A stretch of 64,000 bases of DNA from Candidatus Nanohalobium sp. (GTDB lineage Archaea; Nanohalarchaeota; Nanosalinia; Nanosalinales; Nanosalinaceae), in contig JBDGSL010000002.1 in NCBI GenBank assembly GCA_042217555.1, positions 64,001 through 128,000 of the forward strand. The letters run 5' to 3'. The notes under the pieces were generated by a model that saw only the letters and a list, made by a program, of their open reading frames with translations, made no database searches and had not been told where the DNA came from. A program made the translations under genes and the position numbers. This document shows positions 54,456 through 64,000 of this stretch, piece after piece. Positions within the stretch are counted from its first letter, which is position 1. Each line of letters opens with the position of its first letter.

Positions 54456-55925
54456 ATGCAAAAGGTCAATCACGACCCCGAAGATAGAACTACCAGAGAC
54501 AAGTTTCTGGATGTATATAACGTAGCCAGAAACGTACATCTAGAAAACGAGTTTATCGATGTCCACGGAAACCAGTTTAACCCAACAGCATACTTCGGAA
54601 CGCTTTCAGCAGCACTAAACGGAAACGAACTGATTCAAGGAGACCCGGGACGTGGTAAAACTACATCTTCAGAAGCAATTTCTTCACTTGCATACGGAGC
54701 ACCATTGGAGGTCATTCAAGACGCAGAAGTGAGAGGTAACGCAGAAGCTACAGAAGAAAAGATTAAAGGAACACTCGACCTCGGAGAACTAAACCAAGGT
54801 AATGAAGTCGTACAGTGGAACGACACCGTAATGTACGCACCTAAAATCATAGACGAGATTAACAGGCTAACACCCGGCACACAAGGAACAATCCTCGACG
54901 CCGTAGACCGTAACAACTGGATACTGAAAAACGAAACAATCCGCTCACCAGACGGACCTTTCTATGCTACCGCCAACAGACAGGACGCAGGGAACACAGA
55001 AATGCCTCTCGCAATCCGAGACAGATTCGACGTAGCACTTGAAGTAAACCATCCAGGACACGAGAACCAGGAGATAATTGACGAAGGCGGACCAGATATA
55101 TTCAACGAAATACTAAACGATCCAGATGTAGCAGACGACATCCGAGACATCGTAGAGGATAAAGAATACAGAAGCAAACCTCAAGAAGCAGCAAGACAGG
55201 TAACAGAAATCGCACAGGACTTCAGAACACAGATAGAAGACGAACTCACCGCACTCAAAGGAGACGGATACAAAGTACTTCTACCAACCCCTGAAGACCA
55301 CCAGCAAGCACTTCAAGAAATCGATAACGTGGACTTAGGCGACCAGGCAAGCATGTACCTGAAATTCCTTGACAAAGACCTCAACCTCTGTGGATTTGCT
55401 GACGGGAAAAGATGCAACGAACAGTGCGAATATACCGATATTCCAGCACACAGAATAGCACAGCTGGGAGGAAGAGCCACAACCTCCATCAGAGATTACG
55501 CAAAAGCCGCAGCATGGCTGGAAGGCTCTGACACTGCAACAGTAGACCATGTGGACTCCATTATTCCGTACGCACTGAACCACAGGTCAGAGTTCCAGCA
55601 AGACCCACGCAGCGTAGATGTGAAATCGCAGTACGACAGCGGAACTCACCCGATAGAGTTCAACATCTCCGCAATGATTGCTGGGGAGACAAGAGACCGT
55701 TTCGAGGAGAAAGAAGAGGGACTGAGAGAAGCACACCAGATTCAGCAGCAGGCACTTTACCCCGAAAACTTCGAAGATCCTCTTGACCCTGAAGAAGCTG
55801 TCAGCGAACTCGAAGACCTTGCAGAACAGTACGATGACGGTTCAGACGGATTCGTCCACGACTATATGATGACTGTAAGAGATGAACTAAACGAGCTACA
55901 CGAAGGCTCAGACTACGGATTCTAA
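54456..55925 (+). CDS. MoxR-family AAA+ ATPase
   Basis: Walker A GDPGRGKTT, IIDEINRL, FYATAN and PLAIRDRF. Confidence 0.9.
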   Translation: MQKVNHDPEDRTTRDKFLDVYNVARNVHLENEFIDVHGNQFNPTAYFGTLSAALNGNELIQGDPGRGKTTSSEAISSLAYGAPLEVIQDAEVRGNAEATEEKIKGTLDLGELNQGNEVVQWNDTVMYAPKIIDEINRLTPGTQGTILDAVDRNNWILKNETIRSPDGPFYATANRQDAGNTEMPLAIRDRFDVALEVNHPGHENQEIIDEGGPDIFNEILNDPDVADDIRDIVEDKEYRSKPQEAARQVTEIAQDFRTQIEDELTALKGDGYKVLLPTPEDHQQALQEIDNVDLGDQASMYLKFLDKDLNLCGFADGKRCNEQCEYTDIPAHRIAQLGGRATTSIRDYAKAAAWLEGSDTATVDHVDSIIPYALNHRSEFQQDPRSVDVKSQYDSGTHPIEFNISAMIAGETRDRFEEKEEGLREAHQIQQQALYPENFEDPLDPEEAVSELEDLAEQYDDGSDGFVHDYMMTVRDELNELHEGSDYGF

Positions 55926-55946
55926 CAATTTTTGAGGTGACAAACC

Positions 55947-57590
55947 GTGAGCTGGGAAGAAGAACTGGATGAAGCCTTGGAAGAGGCTAGAGAAGACTTA
56001 GGTTTCCCACCTATAGATGACTGGGAGAAAGAGCCAGGTATAGGAACAGCTGCGGTTGACATGAGTGCAGTAAGAGGCAAAGTAATGGTAGACCCAGAAT
56101 TTGCACCTCAACTATCCAATACGGCAAAAAAGGGTTTAATGAGCCACGAACTCGGCCACCCTAAAAAACATCCCAAAGACGCTAAGACAGCTATCCTTGA
56201 GAACCACTGGGGCAAAGAATACAACAATTCCGGAACAGTAGTCAATCTCTTCGATGACCTCGTGGACAACATCAGCCTGATAATGCAGGGACGTGACAGC
56301 CAGGCCGAAGAACTCGAAGCACTATACAGAGAAATATCAGACAACCAGCACATGGTTGAAGACGTGATAAGAAGAAGATACGAAGAAGTATCAGACATCA
56401 GACACGGAACCGAGGGAGAATTTGACTACGGCTCCACGGTTTACGACCCTGAAGGAGAACAGAAAGAACTTCTACAGGTACTACAGTCCATAGACTTCCG
56501 ACGAAATGAAATTATAGAAGACCACGAGTTCTACTTCCACAAGTTCGCCTCAGCCTTCGACCCTCACCTCGATGACATGCAACAATCTGGAGACGGTCAG
56601 GGAGAACCACAGCAAGGAGAAGGTCAAGAACAGCAGCAGGGAGAAAGCGGCGGACAAGGAGACGAATACGGAGAAGAGCAGCCATCCGACATAGGAGGAG
56701 ATGTAGGAGTAGACAGCTTCTCGGAAGATGAAATAGAAGACGCACTTGACGAAATCGCCCGAGACGAAGAAATAGATGCCGATGAATTTGAAGACATACT
56801 CGAAGACACGGCTGAAGAAATAGGAGAAGGCGCCGGAGACCAGCTAAACCAGAAGATGAACCAGGCAATCGCAACATATTACGACAGTCTCTCTCGACAA
56901 TACAACCTGAAGATAGAAGGAAGCGTAGCCAACAGGGTCGGAACAGCACCGAACGGCCACAAGGACTGGGAACTAGGCGATAGAAGTGACATGATAGACC
57001 CAGAAAACAGTCTCGGAAAAGTAGGAATGCCAGGGGTCACCAAGACACGGAAAATGGACGGATACGAGATGCATGGCGGACAAGCAGAAGGAAAACCGGA
57101 TGCAACAATTATCCTTGACTCGTCAGGTTCGATGCAAGACCCTGAAGAACAGACCTCCTACGCAGTTCTCGGAGCATTCTGTGCAGCCAATTCATACCTC
57201 GGCAATGGTTCAGAAGTAGCAGTCGCCAACTTCAGCAATGAGACAGAAATTACCGAGTTCACGAAGGATCAGACAGAAGTTCAAGAAGCTCTGGTAGACT
57301 ATCAAGCTGGAGGCACAAACCTCGATGTAGAAGCAATACAGGAATTGGAAGGACAGAAAACCGAAGACACACACTCAATCCTGATCACCGATGCAGGAAT
57401 AGAAAACTTTGACGACACCGTCGAATACCTGGAAAACAGTCACGGCAGGAACACCGTTCTCTGGATAAACGGCGAATACGACGATTTGCCAGAAGAATAC
57501 AGTGAACTACAAGAAGCACCTCAAACCTCGCTCTACCATATACAAGATGAAAGCGACATACCAAACGTCGTCCTCGGTGAAGTAAGATGA
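55947..57590 (+). CDS. HExxH metallopeptidase-like domain, acidic linker and vWA domain
   Basis: SHELGH; Q/G/E linker; MIDAS IILDSSGSM, GGTNL and ILITDAG. Confidence 0.88.
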   Translation: MSWEEELDEALEEAREDLGFPPIDDWEKEPGIGTAAVDMSAVRGKVMVDPEFAPQLSNTAKKGLMSHELGHPKKHPKDAKTAILENHWGKEYNNSGTVVNLFDDLVDNISLIMQGRDSQAEELEALYREISDNQHMVEDVIRRRYEEVSDIRHGTEGEFDYGSTVYDPEGEQKELLQVLQSIDFRRNEIIEDHEFYFHKFASAFDPHLDDMQQSGDGQGEPQQGEGQEQQQGESGGQGDEYGEEQPSDIGGDVGVDSFSEDEIEDALDEIARDEEIDADEFEDILEDTAEEIGEGAGDQLNQKMNQAIATYYDSLSRQYNLKIEGSVANRVGTAPNGHKDWELGDRSDMIDPENSLGKVGMPGVTKTRKMDGYEMHGGQAEGKPDATIILDSSGSMQDPEEQTSYAVLGAFCAANSYLGNGSEVAVANFSNETEITEFTKDQTEVQEALVDYQAGGTNLDVEAIQELEGQKTEDTHSILITDAGIENFDDTVEYLENSHGRNTVLWINGEYDDLPEEYSELQEAPQTSLYHIQDESDIPNVVLGEVR

Positions 57591-58441
57591 AACAAAGCAG
57601 ACTATATAGCGAAATTCTCGAAGAGAGGGATGAAGAGACTCATCGACCTAATCCTGTCTCTAATGAAAACCAATCCGATTACTCTATTCATGATGCCTAC
57701 AACGATTGGCTGGCGCAACTACCTGATCTTAAAAATGAATATCAAGATATAGGTAACTTGGGAAATGATATCTACAGAGCTAGAGACAACAAATATAGAG
57801 AAGCCCTCTTCCTTGCGGAAAAAGCGACTTACGATAAAGAAGATCTTCAAACCTTCCTAAATGGAAACTGGGCTATTGGTTGGAGAGATGAAATGACAAC
57901 AGAAAGTGCCTCCAGTCATAAAGATTACCTACATCATGAGCATAAAATCAAACAGGGAATATTTGCATCGGCATTCATAGAGATTTTAGATAACGAAATA
58001 GTTTCTATTCCAAGTGTAGATGTAGAAGGAATTGGATATGGGAATACCAGTAATATCCGGGTTGAAGGGGATGTCAAGGCCGGTTCCTTCTGTGATAAAA
58101 TGAGCGGAGGGAACGTTATAGTCGAGGGCGATATCACCGATACACTCGGTAATGGAATGACTGGCGGCGAAATAGAGGTAAGAGGTGATGCAGACACAGT
58201 TTTGGACAATGAAGATTCTTCTACGATCAAAATTGAGGGGGATTTACGAAGATATCTTGGGGTAGGCGGAACAACTAGGGTCTCTGGAAATTTAGAGGAA
58301 ATTACAGGCCTCGGTATTGCCGGAGAAGTATACGTGGAGGGAGAAATTAATAATTTAGGAATTGATCTGCCAGAAGATGTAACTATATATCAAAAACAAG
58401 ACGGAAACTGGACTGAGGTTTTTCCAAGTGATTCTCAGTGA
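57587..58441 (+). CDS. GXGXG (FwdC/GltB-C-like) beta-helix protein, paralogue 1
   Basis: Repeats MSGGNVIVEGD and MTGGEIEVRGD; ATGA-coupled to the vWA gene. Confidence 0.8.
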   Translation: MKQSRLYSEILEERDEETHRPNPVSNENQSDYSIHDAYNDWLAQLPDLKNEYQDIGNLGNDIYRARDNKYREALFLAEKATYDKEDLQTFLNGNWAIGWRDEMTTESASSHKDYLHHEHKIKQGIFASAFIEILDNEIVSIPSVDVEGIGYGNTSNIRVEGDVKAGSFCDKMSGGNVIVEGDITDTLGNGMTGGEIEVRGDADTVLDNEDSSTIKIEGDLRRYLGVGGTTRVSGNLEEITGLGIAGEVYVEGEINNLGIDLPEDVTIYQKQDGNWTEVFPSDSQ

Positions 58442-59685
58442 AACAACGCGATATTTACAGAGATATCTTGGATAAAAGCAGCGGAGAACAGAGGAATAGC
58501 ATGTCTCAGCCAGGCCAAGATTTCAATATAGTCACGAACCCTATGCTAGAGCAGTTCAGATTCTTGCAGAATACCTATGAAGAATGGGGAGAGGTTATTG
58601 AAGAAGAGGGTATAGATGAGAGTAGAGAAAAATTGGAAGTTGCTGAAGAACTTTTAGACGAAAATTATTCTGAAGAAGCTATTCACGACCTTTTAAGCGA
58701 ATTCAAAGACCGAGATTGGAGCATTAATGAACCAAACCAAAGTATCTACATGTCAGCCGTAATAAATCAAATAGGCGACGAAACTATCTCAATCGAACCA
58801 GATAATCTTTCTGAACTAACTGGTTTAGAAGGACTAGGATACAGGAATAAAACCGATGTCACTATTGAGGGAGACATATATGAAAACATATTCCGGGAGA
58901 ACATAGCAGGTAATGTCAATATTGAAGGTGACATTAACTCCCGAGTTGGGGAGGAAATGATGGGCGGCACCATCAAGGTAAACGGAGACGTCACTGGGAC
59001 CTTCGGAATAGGACGTCATATGCAGGGAGGACGAATAATAGTAGAGGGATACGTCGAGAAAGCAGGAACCGGTATGAAAAATGGATTTGTTAGAGTTACA
59101 GAAGAAGCCGAAAAACTCGGAAAAAGCATGGAAGGTGGAGAAATAGGTTCAGAGCAATCTGTTGAAAAACTTGCGAATTCCGCAAAAGGAGGAATTGCAT
59201 GGGTCAATGACGATGCTGAAGAAGTTGGAAATTATGCTAAGGGTGGCCTAATTTACGTAGCAGGGGACGCTGAAGAAATCGGTGAAAGAAGCAGAGATGG
59301 AGAGATCTACATAGAAGGAGAAATCGGAAATATTGGAGAAAGATGTGGTGCAGACGTATATCAGTGGAGAGACGGCGAATGGGAGTTAGTCCACGAAGGA
59401 GAAGACCGACAACCTCGACGCAACCAAGGAAAGAGTAAAAGCACCAGCACACCCACTAAAACCTCTAGAAGTTCTTCAGAGATAATGGAACACGAAGAGT
59501 CTTATGAAGAACTTGAAGAAATGAACAATATTCTGGAGTATGATGACGATGACTTCGGATTCTATGATGAAGAAAGTTACGAGACTAAAACTAAGGAAGC
59601 CCCAACTGGACTGGCTGAAAAAGTAGAGGAACTCGATCCACTTTCTGAAAAACCGATAGAAGAGCAGTTGAGGGATGAGGAATGA
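58438..59685 (+). CDS. GXGXG beta-helix protein, paralogue 2, with acidic tail
   Basis: MMGGTIKVNGD, MQGGRIIVEG and AKGGLIYVAGD. Confidence 0.8.
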   Translation: MKQRDIYRDILDKSSGEQRNSMSQPGQDFNIVTNPMLEQFRFLQNTYEEWGEVIEEEGIDESREKLEVAEELLDENYSEEAIHDLLSEFKDRDWSINEPNQSIYMSAVINQIGDETISIEPDNLSELTGLEGLGYRNKTDVTIEGDIYENIFRENIAGNVNIEGDINSRVGEEMMGGTIKVNGDVTGTFGIGRHMQGGRIIVEGYVEKAGTGMKNGFVRVTEEAEKLGKSMEGGEIGSEQSVEKLANSAKGGIAWVNDDAEEVGNYAKGGLIYVAGDAEEIGERSRDGEIYIEGEIGNIGERCGADVYQWRDGEWELVHEGEDRQPRRNQGKSKSTSTPTKTSRSSSEIMEHEESYEELEEMNNILEYDDDDFGFYDEESYETKTKEAPTGLAEKVEELDPLSEKPIEEQLRDEE

Positions 59686-60490
59686 AACAGAGCGAACTGT
59701 ATAGTGATATTTTGGAGTCAGAGACAGCAGATAAAATAGTTTCAGGAGACACTCAGGCAAGCATAAGTCCTGATTATACTGTAAGAGATGCTTACAACGA
59801 TTGGAAATCTAGCTTGCCTGATATGCCAGAAGATTCTGAAGCATTCAAACAGCTTAGTAAAATCAAGGATCAAAAATATGAAGAAGCACTTGAATTAGCT
59901 TCTGTAGCCGAATACGACCAAAGCGACCTATTCGCATTTCTTAAATAGATTGGCGAAAAGGCTGGGAAGACGACATCGGAAATTATGAGAAGAATCCAAG
60001 TTCGGTAAGAGACGGAATATTTGCTTCTGCATTTGCTGAAGCATTAGAAGCTCAAGAAGTTCGAGTTCCTGATATGTCGGGTGTTTTTGAGTTCGGATAC
60101 CGTAACAGCAGCGATTTAATAGTTGAAGGAGATGTTGGAGACTCCTTTGGCATAATGATGGAAAGTGGGAAAGTAACGGTCAGAGGTGACTCTGATCTCA
60201 ATCTTGCTCACACCATGAAAGATGGTGAAATAGAAGTCGAAGGTGATGTTGAAGGGATCTGGAATCCAAGCGGAAGGGTCGTGGTTCAAGGAGATGTAGA
60301 AAGTGCCTACCAGATCGAAGGCGAGCTAATTGTGAAGGGAGATATTGACGAAATATCTGGAGATGACCGTTTCGAACGAGAAGGAGAGATACGTGTAGAA
60401 GGAGAAATAGGCTCAGTTAATGAAGAAGAAATTGAAGGAACAGAAGTCTATCAAAACCAAAATGGAAACTGGGAGCAAGTTTTTCCCTAG
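59682..60490 (+). pseudogene. GXGXG beta-helix protein, paralogue 3, frameshifted at ~59943-59945
   Basis: One extra A gives DLFAFLK-IDWRKGW...GIFASAF...FGYRN, colinear with paralogue 1 (DLQTFLNGNWAIGW...GIFASAF...IGYGN). Confidence 0.8.
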
Positions 60491-60499
60491 GTGAAAGAA

Positions 60500-60673
60500 A
60501 TGAAAATTAGCGACCTATATGAAGATGTATTAGCTTCAGAGCAAGAAAGAGCTTCAAATAGGACTATCTCTGAGGAAAAAGAATCTGAAGGGCTAATACC
60601 TCATTTCCAGCAATTCTATGAAGATCACGAGTTAAACGAACACGAAACTGCGACCGAAATATCTGAGGAGTAG
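60500..60673 (+). pseudogene. Truncated fourth paralogue (N-terminus only)
   Basis: MKISDLYEDVLA N-terminal motif with SD AGGTGA; ends where the resolvase tail begins. Confidence 0.6.
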
Positions 60674-61164
60674 CTTTTTTCGGAGTATTTCAGTGCGATG
60701 GATTCTTTTTCGCTTTCTGTGAGGCTGGAGGGACGCCCGACCTTGCCCTCTTGCTTGGCTTTCTCGAACCCTTCTTCCATTCTGCGGCGTATCATCTTCC
60801 GCTCTAAGTCGGCGAACAGTGCAAGCTGGTTCAGTAGGAACTCGCCATACATCTCATCCTCTGTATTGATGGGCTGGTCGAGTGCCTGGAACTCCGCACC
60901 GTTCTCACGGACTTTATTGATGCGTTCTAGGAAGTCTTGGAGTGAGCGGGCGAAACGGTCTATTTTCGTGACAACAACCTTGTCGTAGTCTTCGATGTTC
61001 TGCATTATTTTCTCGAACTCAGGGCGTTCTTTGATACTGGATGCTTTCTCACTGTAGAGGTCGAAATTCCAGTCCTCCTGTTCAGCGTGTTCACGAAGTT
61101 TTTCTTCCTGTGGTTCAAGGTCTTGATTCTGTGTGGATACACGGGCATATAATGCGGCTTTCAT
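60625..61164 (-). CDS. Serine recombinase (resolvase/invertase), C-terminal HTH apparently truncated
   Basis: YARVSTQNQ, VVVTKIDRFARS and KVGRP. Confidence 0.9.
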   Translation of the reverse strand: MKAALYARVSTQNQDLEPQEEKLREHAEQEDWNFDLYSEKASSIKERPEFEKIMQNIEDYDKVVVTKIDRFARSLQDFLERINKVRENGAEFQALDQPINTEDEMYGEFLLNQLALFADLERKMIRRRMEEGFEKAKQEGKVGRPSSLTESEKESIALKYSEKSYSSDISVAVSCSFNS

Positions 61165-61322
61165 AGCGGTTCTTCAGAAACAACAGTATAATGCAACTTA
61201 AAGCCTTCGAAACCTTCCTGCTTCAGAAACATATGGTTTCGGATTTATCTCTAATTCTGTATGTCATCACCGACACATTTATAAAGTTACTACTACAATA
61301 TAACAACATAAGGTGAACAACC

Positions 61323-61973
61323 ATGGGAGAAGACATCATTCACGAGAATGCTTCCGAATACATCGAAACTGGAGATGTTCGGGAAGTTCTCAACGACTAC
61401 GACCACAACTTTGGAAACACTGAATATGGAGCTTACAACGTGGATGCTCTAGAAGGAAAATTGGATGTAGAAGGAGAAGAACACCCAGTCCACTACCAGA
61501 TGAAGAAGATGGGAGCGGAGTTCCTCGCCCGTGATATGCTCAGAGATGGGGTAGTTGAAGTCATAAGATGGGATGGAGGATACTCAGGAAACAGAAAACA
61601 ACCATCTGGAAGTATTGTAGGCCGGCCCTCGGCTAGCGATAAAGGTTCTGCCAAACTCAGAGATTTTGATGCAAGAGATTTCGGAGATTTCTACCAAGAA
61701 GTTTTAGAGAAAGATGCATCAGAACACGGGTTTGCACGAGATAGCGATGCTACAGCAGCAACTGCGGTCGCACTTTCAGCGATTGACAGAGCATTAGAAG
61801 ACGAATTAGAAGACGAAGTTAACAACTATACCAGAAACGAAGACGCTTCTGTTTTTCAGATGCATCAACAGCCAAGCAGTGAGCGCTACATTGGAGAAGT
61901 AGCTAATGACGCAGAAGCACAAGCCTTCCAGCCAAAGTCATTCGGTCAGAGAGTTGTAGAGAAACTCAGCTAA
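61323..61973 (+). CDS. Hypothetical protein
   Basis: 216-aa acidic ORF with SD AAGGTGA and the repeated promoter module. Confidence 0.7.
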   Translation: MGEDIIHENASEYIETGDVREVLNDYDHNFGNTEYGAYNVDALEGKLDVEGEEHPVHYQMKKMGAEFLARDMLRDGVVEVIRWDGGYSGNRKQPSGSIVGRPSASDKGSAKLRDFDARDFGDFYQEVLEKDASEHGFARDSDATAATAVALSAIDRALEDELEDEVNNYTRNEDASVFQMHQQPSSERYIGEVANDAEAQAFQPKSFGQRVVEKLS

Positions 61974-62067
61974 ACAGCTTCCATTTAGGAAGCACTCATT
62001 TCCTCTTTTTCTTCTATTTTTGAATCAGATAGAAAATCCTTTTATTTGACCAGTAACACGATAACTT

Positions 62068-62789
62068 ATGGTTTTAGATAACGAGGAGGCTAAATGGGAT
62101 GAAGAAGAAAGACAGTTTCAGAATCCGAAAGATGTAAAACATCAAATCCGTGACTCCTATATCTTCAGAAACCCTGGAGAGTGGGAAGCACAGGTAGAAG
62201 CACTTACAAGGAAAGAAGATAAAGCCGCTCACAACTCCTCAAAGGCGTAGAAAGATTAGAAGCAGAAACTAAAGAAATTTTGGAGGAAGAAGAACACTTT
62301 AAGAACTTTCTCAACGGTCTTATGAGAGATATAGAAAAACTTGAGGAAAGAGAAGGTAAAGTAGATGAAATTCTCGAAGCAGAAAATGAGATGGAGAGAA
62401 CAAGAAATCAAGCCTTTGAAGGTGCTGGCGAAGATGAACGAGTAGGTATGAGAAATATTGAAAACGCCTTAAGAGATTCTTTAGAAGATGAAGTAGAGAT
62501 GCTTCACGTCATTAGACACAAGATTGAACTCGGTCATAAAGTCTTACAGGATATAAAAGCTAGGCTGGATAGAGAAGAAGGAGATGTGGCGACTGTTGAT
62601 GATATAGAGGAAAAAATGCTGGAAGGTGAAGAAAAGATAACAGAGATTCTGCAAGAGATAAGCCATAAATCTGACCTCAACCTCCACGTGGATGCGGGAG
62701 ATGCAAAAAAGAACATCGCAAATATGAGCAGAGCTAATCTAAGCGAGGACGCAGAATACCTATTGAACAAAGTTTCAGACACACATTAA
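62068..62789 (+). pseudogene. Coiled-coil protein with an apparent 1-nt deletion near 62230
   Basis: 62068-62250 and 62280-62789 join as ...KAA-QLLKGVERLEAETKEILEEE with a -1 shift. Confidence 0.6.
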
Positions 62790-62924
62790 TCAAACACAAA
62801 CTTGTCAAACTGAATCCGACACCCCTCTGTATTCCCCTACGGACACGCACACGCCTGAACCCTGCGGAAACAACCCTTCTAATTCCTGAAAACAGGTTCA
62901 AACAAGGCACTTTGCAGGGCTTGG

Positions 62925-63524
62925 CTACATCTGTAGGGAGTTTTCCGCCATATAATTGTCGGGAATCTCCACTGAGTCGGTTCTGAAGATTTCTCCCCGA
63001 CGTGGTTGGGGATGCTCTCGGTCATATAATACCAGTGCGAAGCTATAGTCGTTCTCAGGGTCAAGAGGGAAGTAATCAGGGTTTGTCCAGTCAAGACCGT
63101 CCTCTAGCCGCCCCTGAATAAGTTCCCTGTAATCCTTCTTGCTCCATTCTTCTGGGTTCGAGTTCAGGTCGAATCGTGCTACGGACAGTCGTATATCGCC
63201 CTTCAGGAGGCAGAAGACGAGGAAATCTGGGAAAAAGAAAGGATAACGGAAGCAGAAATTCTTCTCCGTGTAGAGGATGATAAGCTCCAAGAAATACGGA
63301 AGCAACTACAGAAAACCTACCGCAACATCCAGAAACGTTTGAAAGAGATACACGAGGAAAACGCTAAAACCTACAAAGACATCTCAGATATACAGATTAT
63401 GGAGCTTCTGACAGGCGAGAAAAACAGGATTTCTGACACTTTATTCCAAATGGAAGACAAGGAAGGCGGGCTAGGAGAGGAAGAACAGAAGGAAATTGAA
63501 ATGCTTCTGCAAGGCAGATACTGA
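62925..63524. pseudogene. Two divergent gene remnants lacking starts, joined near 63180
   Basis: Minus-strand RFDLNSNPEEW... and plus-strand QSYIALQEAEDEEIWEKE...LLQGRY both look coding only away from ~63180. Confidence 0.45.
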
Positions 63525-63668
63525 ACCGAAAAATGTAAAGTCCGCCACCACCGATATAGATTTGGGGCATAGTCCTACAAACTCGACACTCCAGACACAG
63601 TCCTGGGGGGCTAAACTTTTCCCTGTCTGGAGTAGCTTCTTATCGTTTCGGTTGCAGAAACAGTTTTT

Positions 63669-63950
63669 ATGACAGAGGTACGTGCATCACACATCCTGGT
63701 AGATAACAAGGAACATGCAAAACAGTTGAAGCTCAAGATCGAAAGAGATGAAGCCTCGTTTGAGGAACTGGCGGAGGAGCATTCCGAGTGCCCTTCAAGG
63801 AGTAAAGGCGGCGATCTCGGATTCTTCGGAAGGGGAAAGATGGCTAAACCGTTCGAGAAGAAGGCCTTTGAAATGGACATAGGCGAGGTCTCAGATCCGG
63901 TGAAGACGGAGTTCGGATGGCATATCATCCGAAAAGACGATGAACGGTAA
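63669..63950 (+). CDS. ppiC: Parvulin-type peptidyl-prolyl isomerase
   Basis: VRASHILV, HSECPS..KGGDLG and PVKTEFGWHII. Confidence 0.95.
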   Translation: MTEVRASHILVDNKEHAKQLKLKIERDEASFEELAEEHSECPSRSKGGDLGFFGRGKMAKPFEKKAFEMDIGEVSDPVKTEFGWHIIRKDDER

Positions 63951-64000
63951 TCCTCTTTTTCCTGTGAAGCAGAAGAATCTTTTTTGAGAGACCGGAAGGG

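Larger units (their letters stand above)
51307..63616 (+). mobile_element. ~12.3 kb element integrated at the 3' end of tRNA-Gln(TTG)
   Basis: Direct repeat TCCT(G)7CTAAAC at 51307-51323 and TCCT(G)6CTAAAC at 63601-63616; tyrosine integrase next to the tRNA; housekeeping ppiC follows the right end. Confidence 0.88.

Noticed and set aside
59946..59948. TAG as possible amber readthrough or pyrrolysine codon
   Set aside because: The homologous continuation is in a different frame and readthrough hits TAA soon after; it is a frameshift.
57587..60490. Formylmethanofuran dehydrogenase subunit C or glutamate synthase annotation
   Set aside because: Only the GXGXG repeat is shared; no catalytic partner subunits are present and the context is a mobile element.

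Overview
This window is from a DPANN archaeon, most likely a nanohaloarchaeon (inferred from the very acidic proteome, compact genes and GGTGA-type Shine-Dalgarno (SD) sites). From left to right it holds: the 3' end of cmk; a type IV pilus locus with a 2583-aa nine-LamG adhesin; archease and an intein-containing RtcB; a pilin/toxin-antitoxin hotspot; the S10-spc ribosomal protein superoperon through secY; cbf5; three intron-containing tRNAs (one with two introns); and a ~12.3 kb element integrated at tRNA-Gln(TTG). The most striking unannotated signal is in the ribosomal operon. Fourteen spacers each hold a 13-36 codon micro-ORF, below the ORF-track cutoff, and most are built from short GAAA..-loop-..TTTC hairpins. 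Thirteen start at or just after the upstream stop and all 14 end on or beside the downstream start, and the last hairpin often buries the downstream SD. A second candidate system lies in the integrated element: a MoxR AAA+ ATPase, an HExxH-vWA protein and an array of GXGXG beta-helix paralogues sharing N- and C-terminal tags. Several single-base frameshifts may be assembly errors. All family calls come from motif recognition, not database searches.
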